64,000 nucleotides of DNA from NCBI GenBank assembly GCA_013239625.1, contig MU053557.1:3874123-3938122 (forward strand), written 5' to 3'. Source of the stretch: Lama guanicoe. Lineage: Eukaryota. Below are positions 25,078 to 37,300 of the stretch, piece by piece (positions within the stretch are counted from its first letter, which is position 1; every line of letters begins with the position of its first letter). A program made the position numbers and the translations under genes. The notes beneath the pieces are model-generated. The model saw only the letters and a list, made by a program, of their open reading frames with translations, was not told the DNA's origin and made no database searches.

Positions 25078-25184
25078 CCAGACTGTAAACTATATACAGG
25101 AGTTTGCACCAGCGAATATGTTCCACTCTGTGCAACCAACGCAAAAACTTATGACAATGACTGTCTGTTTTGTCATGAAAAGAT
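25078..25184 (+). CDS. 84-aa SPINK gene Kazal core exon
   Basis: ttaacAG| PDCKLYTGVCTSEYVPLCATNAKTYDNDCLFCHEK carrying C1-C5; phase-2 donor AT|GTAATA (weak). Confidence 0.85.
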
Positions 25185-26518
25185 GTAATAAGCACACAGT
25201 ATAAGTATTTGGTCCTCCAAGGTATGAAGAAATCATCACAAAGTGATAGGAAAATCCTTGTTGCTGATAACCAAGGCTCAACATACATAGAAAATTACTA
25301 AGACCTCTGTAAAAAATTAGAGGCCACTCTTGTTCCTTTCCCTGAAGTTCTTGTTTCTGAAAGTAATTTTGTATTTGAGCTCTCATTATAACTTTGTTTG
25401 ATATTGTACAAACGTGTACATCAATTAATTTCACCTAATTATGTGTCACTAATGGCAGGCTAGCAACCAACACAATGTAATTCTGTAGCCCAGATGCAGA
25501 ATCACAGCTCTCTATGGTGGCCGTGTAATTGACCCATGCAGACTTCTAGCTGAAGGAAACTAAAACCAAGGCCATTCATGCTAAAAAGGGACTCCTCTAA
25601 TGGTCAGCTTTGTCTCACAAAATCCATGACAGCCTCCAAATCTACATTGGACAGCAGGACATTGTGGAGTACCTCCATCTAATCTCATTTCCTGTCTCTT
25701 TCATCCTGAAGGAATGTGCAGTTTAAAGCTTCAGCCAGTCTTCCTACCTCCCTCCTTATTCTCTCTCATATGTGTTTCATCTCACAAAATCTTTGCACAT
25801 TTAATCCCTTAAATTGGCATCTGTTTCTGGAGAACTGCTGAGACCATCTCCAATCTCTCCACTCTCAGATCTGGGTGGGTCCTAAGACTGAGACAGGACT
25901 GAGCATGTAGGAAGAGTCAAGTGACCCCACAAGGGGACAGGACATGTGTCAGACCCTAGGAACAAGCAGAGTCCAGCTGCTTCTGGAAGTGGAGCACAGC
26001 CTCTCCATGCTATTCCACGTTCACATTCTCCTTTTTGAAAAGGTTTCCAGTGTCTCTGTGTTTAGACACTGAAAAATCCCAACTATATTCTGCATGCATG
26101 TTATCTACATTTTTGCATCATAGAAATGAGTTCAGTCTGTGCAATGGATGGTCAGACTTAAGGCAATGAATGTAGTTTCCTCTGTGATAGAATCCTGGGA
26201 GTTTAAAATTCTCCTTTTTAAAAATAGTATTTTTATTTCAGAATAATTTAAGATTTACAGAAAAATTTCAAAGATAGTAGCAAGTTTTTGTGTCTTTTAT
26301 CCAGTTTCTTCTAAGGTTAACACCATGTACAACCCTGGCACACTTGTCAAAACTAAAAAATTAACATTGGTATGTCACTATTAATGAACCAACAGAATTG
26401 TTTGGAGTTGACCAGTTTTTCCATGAATGTCCTTTGTAATATTTCTTTAAATGTAATGTACTTTATTTCTTCCTTAAAACTCTTTAATTTTTTTCTCTGT
26501 CTCTTTCTTTCTTTATAG

Positions 26519-26564
26519 AGAAAACAATGCCAACATTGATTTTCACCATTTTGGTGTATGTTGA
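26519..26564 (+). CDS. 84-aa SPINK gene terminal exon
   Basis: Long pyrimidine tract then tAG|A; (I)ENNANIDFHHFGVC*; C5-x17-C6 spacing. Confidence 0.85.
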
Positions 26565-26853
26565 CTATTGATGAAGCTGCACACCAATATGGCTTTTTTT
26601 GTAATCACGTTTTGTGGCGCCTTCTACAGGCAATTAGAGTCTTCTCAATCAGAGCCTTAAATTCATAGCTGATCAGGTAAATCCTATGGAACAGAAGCTA
26701 GATTATAAAGCATTCAAAGTTTTTCTAACTTCCCGTGATTTTCAGGATTTTGATTCTCTGTGTTCAATTATTCAATGATAGTTTAAAAAATGAATGTCTT
26801 AACTGAAAGTTTGATAACATAAAAGCTAATTTAAGATAAAAAATATTTCACTC

Positions 26854-26859
26854 ATTAAA
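26854..26859 (+). terminator. Probable polyadenylation signal (ATTAAA)
   Basis: Aligns with the AATAAA of the paralog at 61592-61597 (atatttca..ca[at]taaaatgtta context). Confidence 0.55.
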
Positions 26860-27709
26860 ATGTTAGAAATGATGTTATCTTTATTAAAATGTCCTTTCTT
26901 TGACTGGATAGTGAGCTAAGACATGTGCATACTTTTGATAATTATAATCAAAACAGTATTTTCAAAAGCAAACAAGTAATACATTACTCAGTGTTTAACA
27001 GAAATAGATTCTTGGGCTTCTTTCTGTCCTAAAGAATCAAATTCTCCAAGAAAGGGGGTCTAGGAAATTGAATTCTAATAAGCACCTAAGGTTAATGTTA
27101 TGATCACAAATGTTAGGCAATAAGAACTTCAGCTAATAAATTAATTAGGACTTACATCTTGTAATTCAATTGATTGGAGAACCTATTCAAAGAGACTGTA
27201 GGATTTCCGAGGCTTGGGGAGAATGTATCGTATCGTTTCCCTTCTCTCTCATAAATAAGCCAAAAGGTAGTTGAGTGATGTTCAAATGCTAGATGGCACT
27301 GCTTTCTTCAGCCGAGACTGTCCGTTTGTGGGGTAAGATGATGATGTGATGAAGGGTTTCTGTTTCTTTTCATCTCCCAACTAACAGGAAGCAACCATTA
27401 GCTGCGTGGCCTAGAGCTCATTTAAGCTTTATTTTAATGACAGAAATGTAGATTGATGCCTGGAAGACAAGTACAGTCTGCCATATATTACCGGGCATGA
27501 TCTCTTTTGGTAAAATTTTTCATATTTTTATCGAAATGTATGATTTACATAGGGCCTTCTTGTTTAAATTCTCCAGTATTAATTCTTAATGAACATATAT
27601 CCATTGGAGCGTACATTTTTGGAGTCATGTTGTAAAATAAAGCATTCAGCTGGTTTCATGACCTTTTTCCTTGTGGAGGTCTTGTAGGAAAAATACTCCA
27701 AAAAGCAAA

Positions 27710-28940
27710 TCAAAATCAAAATGAGACAGCACCTTCCACCCATTGGAATGACTACTATCAAAAAGGCAGAAAATAACAAGCGTTGGCAAAGATGTGGAGA
27801 AACTGGAACCCTTGTGCACTGCTGGTAAAATGTAAAACGGCGCAGCCGCTATAGAAAATAGTACGGCAATTCCTTAAAAATTGAAAAATAGAAACAGAAT
27901 CGGATTACCATATGACCCAGTAATTCCACCTCAGGACATACACTTAAAAGAATTGAAACCAAGACCTTAAAAAGACATTCGTATACCAGTGTTCATAATG
28001 GCACAGTAGCCAAAAGGTGGAAGGAACACAAGTGTCCATCAACAAATGAACAGATAAATAAAATGTAGTATATATATACAATGGGATATTATTCAGCCTT
28101 AAAAGGGAAGGAAATCCTGACACATAATACAACATGTACAGAATTGAAGACAGTATACTAAATGAAATAAGCCAGTCATCAAAAGACAAATAATGTATGA
28201 TTCCACTTGTAGTCAAAGCCGTAGAGACATAAAGTAGGATGTGGTTTCTTGGGGCTTGGGGAGAGGGAGATGGGTAGTTGTTTAATGTGTACAGAATTTC
28301 AGTTTTGCAAGATGAAAAGAGTTCTGGAGATTGGTTGTTCAACAGTCTCAATGTAGTTAACACTAATGTGCACAATGAATTCTGCACTTAAAAACAATTA
28401 AGATGGTAAATTTTATATGTATTTTACCACAATTAAAAATTTTAAAACTCTGCAGTGAACACTGGTACATTCATACATAGATTCTTTTATTTTTATTACA
28501 AATTATATAAAAATATTATATAAAAATAATGCCATTTGCGGCAATATGGATGGGCCTGGAGATTATCACACTAAGTGAATTAAGTTAGACAAGGACAAAT
28601 ACCATATGGTATCACTTATATGTGGAATCTAAAATAGGATAAAAATGAACTTATTTACAATACAAACAGACTCACAGACACAGAAAGCAAATTTACGGTT
28701 ACCAAAGGAGAAAGGAAGGTGACAAAGTAGGAGTTAGGGATTATACAGACTACAAACTACTATACATAAAATAGGTATATAACAAGGTCCTACTGTATAG
28801 TACAAGGAACTATATTCAATCTTGGAATAAACTATGATGAAAAAGAATACATATTTGTATAACTGAATCACTTTGCCGTACACCAGAAACTAACACAACA
28901 TTGTAAATACACTATACTTCAATTAAAACTGAAAAAAAGA
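27710..28940 (+). mobile_element. Two adjacent L1 3' fragments
   Basis: L1 3'-end motifs at about 27710-28445 and 28525-28940, with A-rich tails. Confidence 0.8.
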
Positions 28941-31337
28941 AAATCATTTGTACATATTTGCCAAAAGCACATTAGCAATGGAAGAAATGCCACATTTAAA
29001 AAGTAAAAGCTGATAAAGCAACAACAAACTATTTGATTGAAGTACTTTTTAAAAACTGTATAATCATTGTCATTCCAAGGAATCTCAAATGGCCTAATAA
29101 AGTTCTCAGATGTTAAAAAAAATACATATAAAAACCTGTTATGTATCAAGTCTCAGGTAAGATGCTAGGGAAAAGCTGTTGAGCAAAAGTAGATACAATT
29201 CTGTTTTCTAGGAACGTCCAGTGTACTGGTTAAAATTATCTATTGTCAACAAAAGCTCTATAAAGCAGCTTCCCACGTGTTATCTTAGTTCTTACAAAAA
29301 TCTTATTAGGTACACGTTGGGTTTAACTTTTAGCCAATAATGAAAATAAGAAACTGGGAATTTAATAATAGTTAGAACTTGACATTTCGGTAATAAAAAG
29401 TAGTTTTAATATGAAACTTGTTATTTTACTGCTTTTTAAACATCTTTATTTTGGTATTTACATGCCCAAAACAACCATTTTTCAGTGTAATACAATGATT
29501 TTTGTAAACATACAGAGATCTACAACCATCACAATTCAGTTTTAGAACATTTACATCATCCAGTAAAGGTCTCATATTTTAGACCATTTAGACTATTGAT
29601 GGTCTAGCCAAATGCAGAACAGTTACTGAGATGTAAGAGTCAGTATGTGTGACATCTAAAGGCAGGTTTGGTGATTATGCCTCTGGTATGTACAGAGATG
29701 TCAGAGTTCTGAAGAATAAATCTCTTTTTAGAGAGGGCAGAAATAAATGAACCATGCCATGGTACAGGTACAAAGAGGAAGAGATCACTGGTGCATTTCT
29801 CTGAATAATTAAAATATAATTAAAATTCAAAATGACTTCAATTGAAATACTTCTTTATGAGGCTCTATAGGGCTATTTCTTATTCTTCTATCCAATCAGA
29901 TGATGAGGTAGTATGTACACCTGTTCACAGTTCCCTGTTTAGGCAAAGGCATTCAGCTCATCACCACAGAAACTCATTTGGGGCAGCCTGTCAGCTCTTT
30001 AACCTCATAAAAGAGTAATATTGTTTAGTAAAATTTACTTTTATTACCATAATAGTGTATTTTAGTATATTTACAATCCTAAGTCCTAGTTCCTTATTAT
30101 CAAAAAAAAAGGACTTAATTACACGTCACTCACATTTCCATGAAGACTAACAAATGCGCAGAACTTTAACATAGTTTTTGAAATACAAAATAACATCTTA
30201 TTTCTCTTCACTGCTTAAAAAAAAAACCTTTAATAAAATGTCAAGCAAGCTTTTTTTGTACCACCCCTACTTAAAAGCAAAAAATAAAGCATAAAGCAAG
30301 AAAGGCAATGTTCAAATACACTGAGATAAGATGGTTCATGGGTTTTGCTTTCATGATTTAAGATAGAACTTCAATAATCTACAATTTTAGGTAAGTATTA
30401 CTTAATTACACCTAACTACATATCTATGAGGACTGGAGAAAATAACACGTCTGTAAACCGTTACCATAATTTTGATGATAAAAGATACTTTATTAGTAAG
30501 AAATTCCGTTCCCTGGTTAACACACACACACACACACGCACTTTAAGAACATTTCAAACCACCTTTTTTTTGGCATCAACCTTTCTTATAAGCAAAGCAC
30601 CCAACATACCACAGCAAGGGCAAAGCTTTAAAAGGTACTCATCAGATACGATGAGTCATGGGATTTACTTTGATGATTTGGAATAAGATGGAACTCAAAT
30701 AATCTACAGGAGAAGACACTTACTATAGAACTCAATACTATCACTTTTGGAACAACAATTTTATATTCCTGGAAATAGAAGTAATTTTCTAACATCGGTT
30801 TTCCCTCAAGAGTTTGTACAGGACTGTTTCTCATTTAACTATAAATAAATCTTTGAAGTATTCATTGTGTTCTTTCAGCTGCTTACAGGTCTGACAGTGA
30901 CAGAGAACAAGAACTCACAGGCAACATTACATTTTTGCATGGTTAATGTTTTTTATATAGGAGATCATCGTTTTCATAGAAAATGATTTATGCCCTATGT
31001 TTTCTAAAGCAGGAAATTCATTCAAATCACACAGAGTCAGAAATACTGAATTCAAGAATCCTGAACTTTAATATCAAAAGGAGTGTACAGGTCACATGTC
31101 ATGCGTGCTGAGTTTCCTTACCCTATGCAAAAACCGTGGAAATACCCTTCAGTGAAACAGGAAGAGTAAGAGGAATCATTTCACAGAGAAAGCTTTATCA
31201 AGGAATCAGTAGGGGAAAAAATGACTAAATTTAATTTGGCCACCACATTTTCTAAAAAGAAAAAAGAGAAAGAAAACAGGTACATTAGAAATCCTGTATG
31301 AGGCACACGTGTTTTCCCCAAATGAAAATTTTTGTTG

Positions 31338-31455
31338 AGGAGGGTATAGCTCAAGTGGTAGAGCACATGCTTAGCATGTGTGAGGTCCTTGGTTCAATCC
31401 CCAGTACCTCCACTGAAAAACCAAGTAAATAAATAAACCTAATTACCTCCCCTCT
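31338..31455 (+). mobile_element. tRNA-derived SINE (Vic-1-like)
   Basis: gggtatagctcaagtggtagagcacatgcttagcatgtgtgaggtccttggttcaatccccagtacc with A/B-box-like motifs. Confidence 0.85.
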
Positions 31456-31499
31456 GCAAAAGCAAATTTACTTAAAAAAAAAAACCGATTTTTGACTGA

Positions 31500-31760
31500 A
31501 GTACTCAGCTTGGCAGAATCTATTTTCTGAAGGGCCAGGCCCCACCCAGGTCCCATGCCCAAGTAGCTGTCCTTTGTCTTTCCTAAGCCAATGAAACCAT
31601 GCTTGCTTACTCTATAAAAGCTCACCTTTTGACCTGAAAAGTGTTTGTAAGAACAAGAAGCAGCCTTCTCTGCCTCAAAATAAATTGACACTGTTGCATA
31701 TTTAATTTCTGCCGAGTTCGGGAGTTTTCTGTCTTGGAGCCCACTGTCTTGATTCCGACA
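31500..31760 (+). mobile_element. LTR-like element in the last intron of the pseudogene
   Basis: CCAAT 31588, TATAAAA 31613, AATAAA 31679; ends ...gattccgaCA. Left boundary uncertain. Confidence 0.55.
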
Positions 31761-34589
31761 TGGCTCTCAGTGCAGACTCCGAGGGCTTTACTCATCCCTA
31801 TGTGCACTGGGGAACTCTGCTCTGGGGAAGATGCTCTTGAAGCTTATCTCACAGGCTGGCTGATCCTCTAACCAGGCTTTGAGTCTTTTCTGACCCTCAG
31901 TTCCCTCTGCAGGCGTCCCTCTTGCCTCCTATCCCACCTGTGGAACAGGAGGACTGACACTCCGCGGCCTGCTTGCTGGGCCTACAGTGTCTCTACCGGT
32001 GCTTCTCCAGCTGTGACAGTCCTCCTGCTGAATTTCATTTCCCTGAGGTTTCTTTCTCTAGTATTGTCTTCCTTCTTATCTCGCTCCCTGTTCTGGAGCA
32101 CCCAGAGCTCACTGATCCAATCTCTGAAAGCCATGATATTTTGAACCAATCTCCACAGGAAGGAAAACTGTGTTTTTTTCTATTGCTAGATTCACACTGG
32201 AGTGTCTAGGAGATTCTATCTTTAAATAAGACATAATTGAATACTTTATTGTGATCAAGAGAGGGCATGAAACTCCAGCCTAATTCAAAGTTAAGAGAAT
32301 AACAGAATTTCTGAAATTTAGTTCCAAGTACGATGTTTACAGTACAGATCTGCTTTATACTGTTTCATTCTACCTGTAGTCACTTTGTCTTTCCTGGGTG
32401 GTTTGTGATTATGCATGAATAAAAAAAAAGTGTGAAGAAAAGCTAAAAGACATATGCCATGCAGATAGAAATGAAAAAATATTTTTGTAATGAATATATT
32501 ATCTTAACGTAATTAAAGAAAAGCCAAACATTGTCTTGAGGTGAAATAATTCATCCATGACTACTGTTGTTAACAGCTTAATTAAATTTCATTCATTTAA
32601 CTAATTTGGATGTTGTGTTGATAAATGAGAATAATTATAAAGATAGCCCCACAACAAAATTCTTCAGAAATGGTGATTCCTTTACACTGATACAGATTTT
32701 GTGCCAAGTTCTTTAAGTGGGTTTGAGTTAATGGCAGCACTGGCTATCCTAGAATGGTTAAATGAGGCATTAATATTGAAGAGAAGCATTAGTATAAAGA
32801 CAAAGATACAAACTTTGTTTCTTACCCAACTTCACTGCAAAAAGCACATGCATTGTCGTATGTGTTGCCATCTGGTCCACAGACAGGAAAGTATTCATTC
32901 ACGCAAGTCATCACTGTATCTTCAAACTTGTCACAGACAGGCTGTAAAGTCAGAGACATTTGAAGATAGATGACAGTAACCACAACATGAATAGCATCTG
33001 CCACACACGGTGAACATACTGATGTACAAAACTTAGTCCTTTCCTGATTTAATATTTGAATTTTCAATTTGAGTTCTAATTTGAATAGTGTAATTTTAAT
33101 ATCAGAATACCTCTTGGCACATATAAAGGGCTCTGGGAATACTCTGAGTAAATAAATGAAAGTAGCTAGACCACAAGTTCTATTCATGTCTCTTTATTTT
33201 CTTTTCCACTAATCTATCCTGAGCTACTATTGCCTCTTGCAGGACAATTACAGTATCTAAGTGGTCTGAATACAGCCACTTTTAATTGCTCCCACAAGTT
33301 TGTACTGAATCCCTGCATCTTTGCTAAAAACACTGCCCATTTTTTCCTAGGATCAACATGCAAAGCCTTGACTGCCTATGAAACTAAATATCCATGGCTC
33401 TCATCTTGCCCCGTACTTTCCCAGCACATATGTAACACATCACTTCCCATTACACACTTCCTCCAACAACCCAGCTCTAGCCCAATCTTGCTATGTCCTG
33501 CTTCTGATCAAAAATATGGCATCGTGCTGTTGGAGAAAATAGCATATACAATCATATATTCTGATGCTATAAAAATTCCAAGTTTTCATTGTTAACCATC
33601 TGAATGAGAGTTTACAGGATGTATTTCCAAACTTGTTGACATTCCAAAGAATACCTGTGCAGCCAGAGCATAGATTAATAACAACTACAACAATAATAAT
33701 GATTCATTTTTTGACAAGTAATCATCTAAAATAGGATAAAGAATATTATTCTTTGTAAGAAAAATATGATATATATATTTGTGGTAATGTCTGTCACCTG
33801 AACTAGATATTAATATGCAAGAAAAATTCAAAAATTACATCTCAATCAATATACATTCATTTATGTCTGCTGTGAATCTGACTACATTTCACACACTCTT
33901 ATGTAGTAGTTTAACTCTAACAACAACTCTGTCAAAAGCAGGTAATCTCCTCACTTTGTAGATGAGAACATAGAAATATAGTAAGAGCATGAACTTACAC
34001 GAAGGCATTCAGTATATTCAAGGAGTAGAACCTGTAATCAAATTCCTTATATATAAGCCCAATATGCTTTAAAAGCGCTCCCTGCATCATCCATTGATGA
34101 GCATGAGCAGCAGCAAGAAAAATTATCATCAGGATCATCAGTAAGGTCCCTATTCATAGTTGGCCCAATAGTTGACAACTGCTGAATGATTCAAAGTTTT
34201 CCACTGACTAAGAAAAATTACTCACCAGGAAAAACGGAAAATGACAAAATGAAGAAAGAAACAGATCTTATCATTTGAAAGAAAGCCATTTTGTCTTCTA
34301 GTGAACTGGCAATGAGGCTCTGGGAAAGGAAATGAGTAGAGAGTAGTTTGAAAAGACACAAATCCTTGTGTTGGTTGATCAGTGGACAGTGAAGGAGAGG
34401 CGTCGAGGCTACTTTCATGAAGGAGCCTTACCTCAAAGGAGTATCTCTGCTAATTTAACCATCTCTACACTCCCAGTTAGAAGAGTCCCTCCCTTTGGTT
34501 CAGTCTCCATGAACACTTCAGGAAGAATAAAAATACTCTATTTTTATTACTATTCTATTACTATTTCTATTATTATTATTATTAAATAT

Positions 34590-36075
34590 AAAGCTGTAGA
34601 TTTTTTTGTAGATGCTGTTTATCAGGTTGAGAAAATTCTCTTTTATTTCTAGTTTGCTGGGTTTTTTTTAAAATCAAGAATAGATTTTGGATTTTGTCAA
34701 GTTTCTTTATTTTCTGAGATGATCATACTGTTTTTTTGTTTGATGTTTGTTACTATGTCAAATTACTTTGATTGATTTTAAAATGTTAAATACAATTTGC
34801 ATTTGGTAATAAATTTCACCGTGTTGTTTTATATATTGTCAGTTTCATTTTTTTTTATTTTGTTTGAATTTCTGTAATCAATGATCATGAAGAATATTGG
34901 TATGTAGTTTTCTTTTCTTATAATGTCTGTATGGTTAGATGTCAGTTTAACTGACTTCAGAGAAAGACGTGGAAAGCGTTTCTTCCACTTCAGTATTCTG
35001 CAGGATTTTGTTTTGAATTGATAGTATTTCTTTATTATCAGTTAGGAACATTTTTCTAATAACATTTTCTAGGTAACTCTAAGTATTTTCCTTAGAAGTT
35101 CCTTACCTGAAATTTCAATTTATTTAATAGGTATAGGACTCTTCAGTTTGTGTATTTCTTGGGAGTGACCTTTGGTATTGCATGTTGTTCAAGAAATTTG
35201 TGCATTTCTTGTTCATTTTTTTACCTTTTCTTTACCAAGTTTATTGAAATACAGTTGACATATGACATTTTGTAAGTTTAAGGTGTACAGTTTGATGACT
35301 TGATACATTTATATATTGTAAAACTATCACAATAGGGTTAGACAACACCTTCATCACTTCATATAATTACCATCTCATTTTTGTGCTAAGAACATTTAAG
35401 ATCTAGTCTCTTAACAACTTTCAAGTATATAATACAGTATTGTTAACTACAGTCACCATGCTATACATTAGATCTTCAGAACTGATTCATCTTGTAACTC
35501 GAAGTGTGTATCCTTTGACTGACATTTCTTTATTTGCTAACCCTCCCAGCCCCTGGTAACCACCATTCTACTCTCTTGTTTCTGTGAGTCCAACTTTTTT
35601 TAGAATCTACACATGATTGATGTCAAACAGTATTTATTTTTCTGTGTCTGACTTATTTCACTTAGCATAATGCCCTCAAGGTTCATCCACACTGTATTAA
35701 ATAGCAAAGAACAGGATTTCCTTTTTTATAGCTGAATAATATTTGTAGATAGATAAACTACATCTTCTCTAGCCATTCATCCACTGATGAACACTTAGGT
35801 TGTTTCCAAATATTGGATATTGTGATATCTCATTGTAGTGTTGATTTATATTTCTCTGACGATTACTTACGTTGAGCACCTTTTCATGTACCTGTTGGTC
35901 ATTTGTATGTCTTTGGAAAGATGCCTATTCAGTTAATCAGGTTGTTTGGGTTTTTGTTTTTGTTATTGAGTTGTATGGATTCTTATATATATTTGGATAT
36001 TAATCCCTCATCAAATATATGGTTTGCAAATATTTTCTCCCATTACATAGGCTGCATTTTCATATTGTGGATTTT
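34590..36075 (-). mobile_element. L1 fragments (old L1 plus a younger L1 3' end)
   Basis: Antisense L1 motifs tttctagtttgctg, cttatttcacttagcataatgccctcaaggttcatcca and atggtttgcaaatattttctcccatt. Confidence 0.8.
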
Positions 36076-36399
36076 CATTTTGTGTTCACACGGTCCCCCC
36101 AGAACCTGGGTTCTCTGGTGGTGTTTGGGAGCCTGAATTCATACAGGTCCCCCAGAACCACGGGGACTGGCTTGGATGTGCCAGCAGCTTGGGTTTGCTG
36201 GAACCCACGGGGAGCTGCCCGGTGTCACGGGAGCTAGATAGTGCTGAGGTGAGGCAGGCAGTGGTTCACAGAAATCCTGTAGCGGTCTGGTGCCATGGGA
36301 CATGCACAGGGTGGGCCCGAAGCCTAAGGGTCACTGAAGCTGCCTGTGGCTTCGGGCCTGAGTTCACGGGAGCCCACTAGGAGCCTGAAGTCACAGAAG

Positions 36400-37300
36400 T
36401 TACAGGGAGCCCCGGAGGGCACTGGTGGCCGCTGGCGCCAGAGCGGGCCAGGAGCCTCAGTTCACACCGGTCCTCTGTGAGCCGATGAAGCGGCCTGGCC
36501 GCGGGAGCTGCCTGGGGCCATTGGAGATGGCGGGAGGCGGGGTGAACCAGGGACCTGAACCAGGGGGAGCTTACCAGAGGCCTGGACGCCACTCTGCGGC
36601 CTCGGGAGCCAGTGGTCACCAGGAGGAGTCGCGGGTCTTGGGTTCATGGGCCCTGACCAGCTCCGGGCGCTAGAGCTGCCAGGCGCCTGGAGCAACCGGG
36701 CCGCGTTCCCTGTAGCCTTTGGGAGGCGCAGCCGCAAACGCCGCCTGCAGCCGTGGGCGGGGCCCGGGGCGGTTGGAGGAGGCTGGCGTCCAGGTGAGCC
36801 TGTTTATGTATTCAGCACAGCCCGCTGGGAGCTTGGCGCCGAGGGGCCCGTGGAGAAGGCAGGTAAGAGGGTAAAGGGCCAAGCGGGGGTGGGGGGGCGG
36901 CCGCTGGAGTAGGGAGACGCTAGGTGAGCCGGTTTCTTGATTTGTGGGAACCCGCTGGGAGCTTGACGCCGAGGAGGACTTCGGGGACCCCTGAAGGGGG
37001 GCAGGTAAGAGTATAAAGGGCCAAGGGTGGGGGCCTGGAGTAGGGAGACATTGGGTGAGCCGGTTTCTTGATTAACGGAATCCCACCGGGAAGTGGGTAC
37101 CCAGGATGCTCCTTCGGGGTGGTGGAGCTGCCTGCGGTCCTGGAGCAGACCGGCGCTGGGGTGAGGAGTGGAGCAGGGGGACACCTAGGGCTGCAGGAGT
37201 CGGCCAGGTGCTGGGGCGGGCCAGCCCTGGAGTCCGCAGTGAAGTCGGGTACAAACTTTACTCGGCTTCTCCCGTGGACTGCCTATATTGGGAGAGGAGT
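36400..37300. promoter_or_regulatory. CpG-rich island with a 130-bp tandem duplication carrying 5' splice sites
   Basis: High GC and CpG density against an AT-rich background; GGGCGGG boxes; cccgctgggagcttg at 36821 and 36951. Confidence 0.55.

Larger units (their letters stand above)
31206..34289 (-). pseudogene. Near-complete SPINK (acrosin inhibitor-like) pseudogene: exons 34289-34226, 33656-33616, 32941-32826, 31251-31206
   Basis: Reconstructed MAFFQMIRSVSFFILSFSVFP-EVFFGMSTSLEIHP-PVCDKFEDTVMTCVNEYFPVCGPDGNTYDNACAFCSEV-GKCGGQIKFSHFFPY*. The micro-exon acceptor reads CAC where paralogs have CAG, and the C6 codon is TAC. Confidence 0.75.

Noticed and set aside
31338..31455. tRNA gene
   Set aside because: tRNA-like head with an A-rich tail and many diverged copies in the window indicates a SINE.
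32682..32748. Alternative terminal exon for the minus-strand Kazal copy (GIASAAINSNPLKELGTKSVSV*)
   Set aside because: Weak acceptor, no Kazal similarity and a very short intron. The 46-nt exon at 31206-31251 fits the family pattern.
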